64,000 bases of DNA, from contig NC_092345.1 in NCBI RefSeq assembly GCF_963676685.1, positions 15,686,001 to 15,750,000 on the forward strand, in the 5' to 3' direction. The stretch is from Mytilus edulis. Its lineage: Eukaryota. The notes below the pieces were generated by a model. It did no database searches. It was given only the letters and a program-made list of their open reading frames with translations, and was not told the DNA's origin. Below, piece after piece: positions 62,570-64,000 of this stretch (its first letter is position 1; the number at the start of each line of letters is the position of its first letter). Both the position numbers and the translations under genes were made by a program.

Positions 62570-64000
62570 AACAAGTGAAACTGCGAGCTACTGCTCACTG
62601 ATGATACCCCCGCCGCAAGTGGATAATATTAATAGTGTAAAAATATGCAAGTGTTCGGTAAACAGGAAGTTGTCGAGTGATGAATCTGAAAACGCATCAC
62701 ACGGTATAGCTGACTTATATAAATCCTGAAACCAAATTTCAGAAATCCTTGTATTGTAGTTCCTGAGAAAAATGTGACGAAAATTTTTAACTTGGTTATC
62801 ATGTGTAAAATCATACAAGTGTTCGGTAAACAGGAAGTAGTCGAGTGATGAATCTGAAAACGCATCACACGGTATAGCTGACTTATATAAATCCTGAAAC
62901 CAAATTTCAGAAATCCTTGTATTGTAGTTCCTGAGAAAAATGTGACGAAAATTTTCAACATGGCTATCATGTGTAAAATCATACAAGTGTTCGGTAAACA
63001 GGAAGTTGTCGAGTGATGAATCTGAAAACGCATCACACGGTATAGCTGACTTATATAAATCCTGAAACCAAATTTCAGAAATCCTTGTATTGTAGTTCCT
63101 GAGAAAAATGTGACGAAAATTTTCAACTTGGCTATCATGTGTAAAATCATACAAGTGTTCGGTAAACAGGAAGTAGTCGAGTGATGAATCTGAAAACGCA
63201 TCACACGGTATAGCTGACTTATATAAATCCTGAAACCAAATTTCAGAAATCCTTGTATTGTAGTTCCTGAGAAAAATGTGACGAAAATTTTCAACTTGGC
63301 TATCATGTGTAAAATCATACAAGTGTTCGGTAAACAGGAAGTAGTCGAGTGATGAATCTGAAAACGCATCACACGGTATAGCTGACTTATATAAATCCTG
63401 AAAACAAATTTCAGAAATCCTTGTATTGTAGTTCCTGAGAAAAATGTGACGAAAATTTTCAACTTGGCTATCATGTGTAAAATCAGACAAGTGTTCGGTA
63501 AACAGGAAGTTGTCAAGTGATGAATCTGAAAACGCTTCACACGGTATGGCTGACATATATAAATGTTGATACCAAATTACAGAAAGGGTGGATGTGTAGT
63601 TCCTGAGAAAAATGTGACGAAAGTTTCATGGGACGGACTGACGGACAGACAGAGGTAAAACAGTATACCCCCCCTTTTTTAAAGCGGGTATAATCATACA
63701 AGTGTTCGGTAAACAGGAAGTTGTCGAGTGATGAATCTGAAAACGCATCACACGGTATAGCTGACTTATATAAATCCTGAAACCAAATTTCAGAAATCCT
63801 TGTATTGTAGTTCCTGAGAAAAATGTGACGAATATTTTCAACTTGGCTATCATGTGTAAAATCAGACAAGTGTTCGGTAAACAGGAAGTTGTCAAGTGAT
63901 GAATCTGAAAACACTTCACACGGTATGGCTGACATATATAAATGTTGATACCAAATTACAGAAAGGGTGGATGTGTAGTTCCTGAGAAAAATGTGACGAA
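62570..64000. mobile_element. Helentron-associated (HINE/DINE-1-like) element with a 168-bp central tandem array; array restarts after the first 3' end
   Basis: Units start at 62648, 62816, 62984, 63152, 63320, 63488; (GACG/GACA)n at about 63630-63652; terminal palindrome tataccc...gggtata at about 63664-63691; array resumes to the window end. Confidence 0.8.

Noticed and set aside
62594-62625. CTGATGA motif as another hammerhead or C/D box
   Set aside because: No stem II/GAAA partner or D box in the right arrangement; it is part of the HINE 5' end
62588-63935. Long 322-, 303- and 132-aa ORFs with 56-aa repeats
   Set aside because: By-product of a stop-free 168-bp tandem unit inside a HINE; open in two frames at once and intronic to UBR4

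Overview
AT-rich, repeat-dense eukaryotic DNA. The repeat families resemble a bivalve genome, probably Mytilus; this is an inference from repeat recognition. The right half (34,979-62,534, minus strand) holds the last 25 coding exons of UBR4 (p600/N-recognin E3/E4 ubiquitin ligase). I traced every exon with GT-AG sites and matching phases: 2,925 nt, 974 aa plus stop, including the C-terminal hemiRING/UZI region. The gene's 5' part lies beyond the window end. Its introns carry minisatellites, Helentron-type HINEs, MITEs, an internally deleted hAT element and a probable solo LTR. The left half (1 to about 33 kb) has no intact gene that I can support. It contains a Penelope-like RT fragment, several type I hammerhead-ribozyme-bearing repeats (two appear catalytically intact), a Ginger2-type transposon remnant, an RLE (Hero-like) LINE 3' end, tRNA-derived SINE heads, MITEs, a 38-bp satellite and local duplications. 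The most notable non-coding signal is the hammerhead/retrozyme system associated with the Penelope-like RT.
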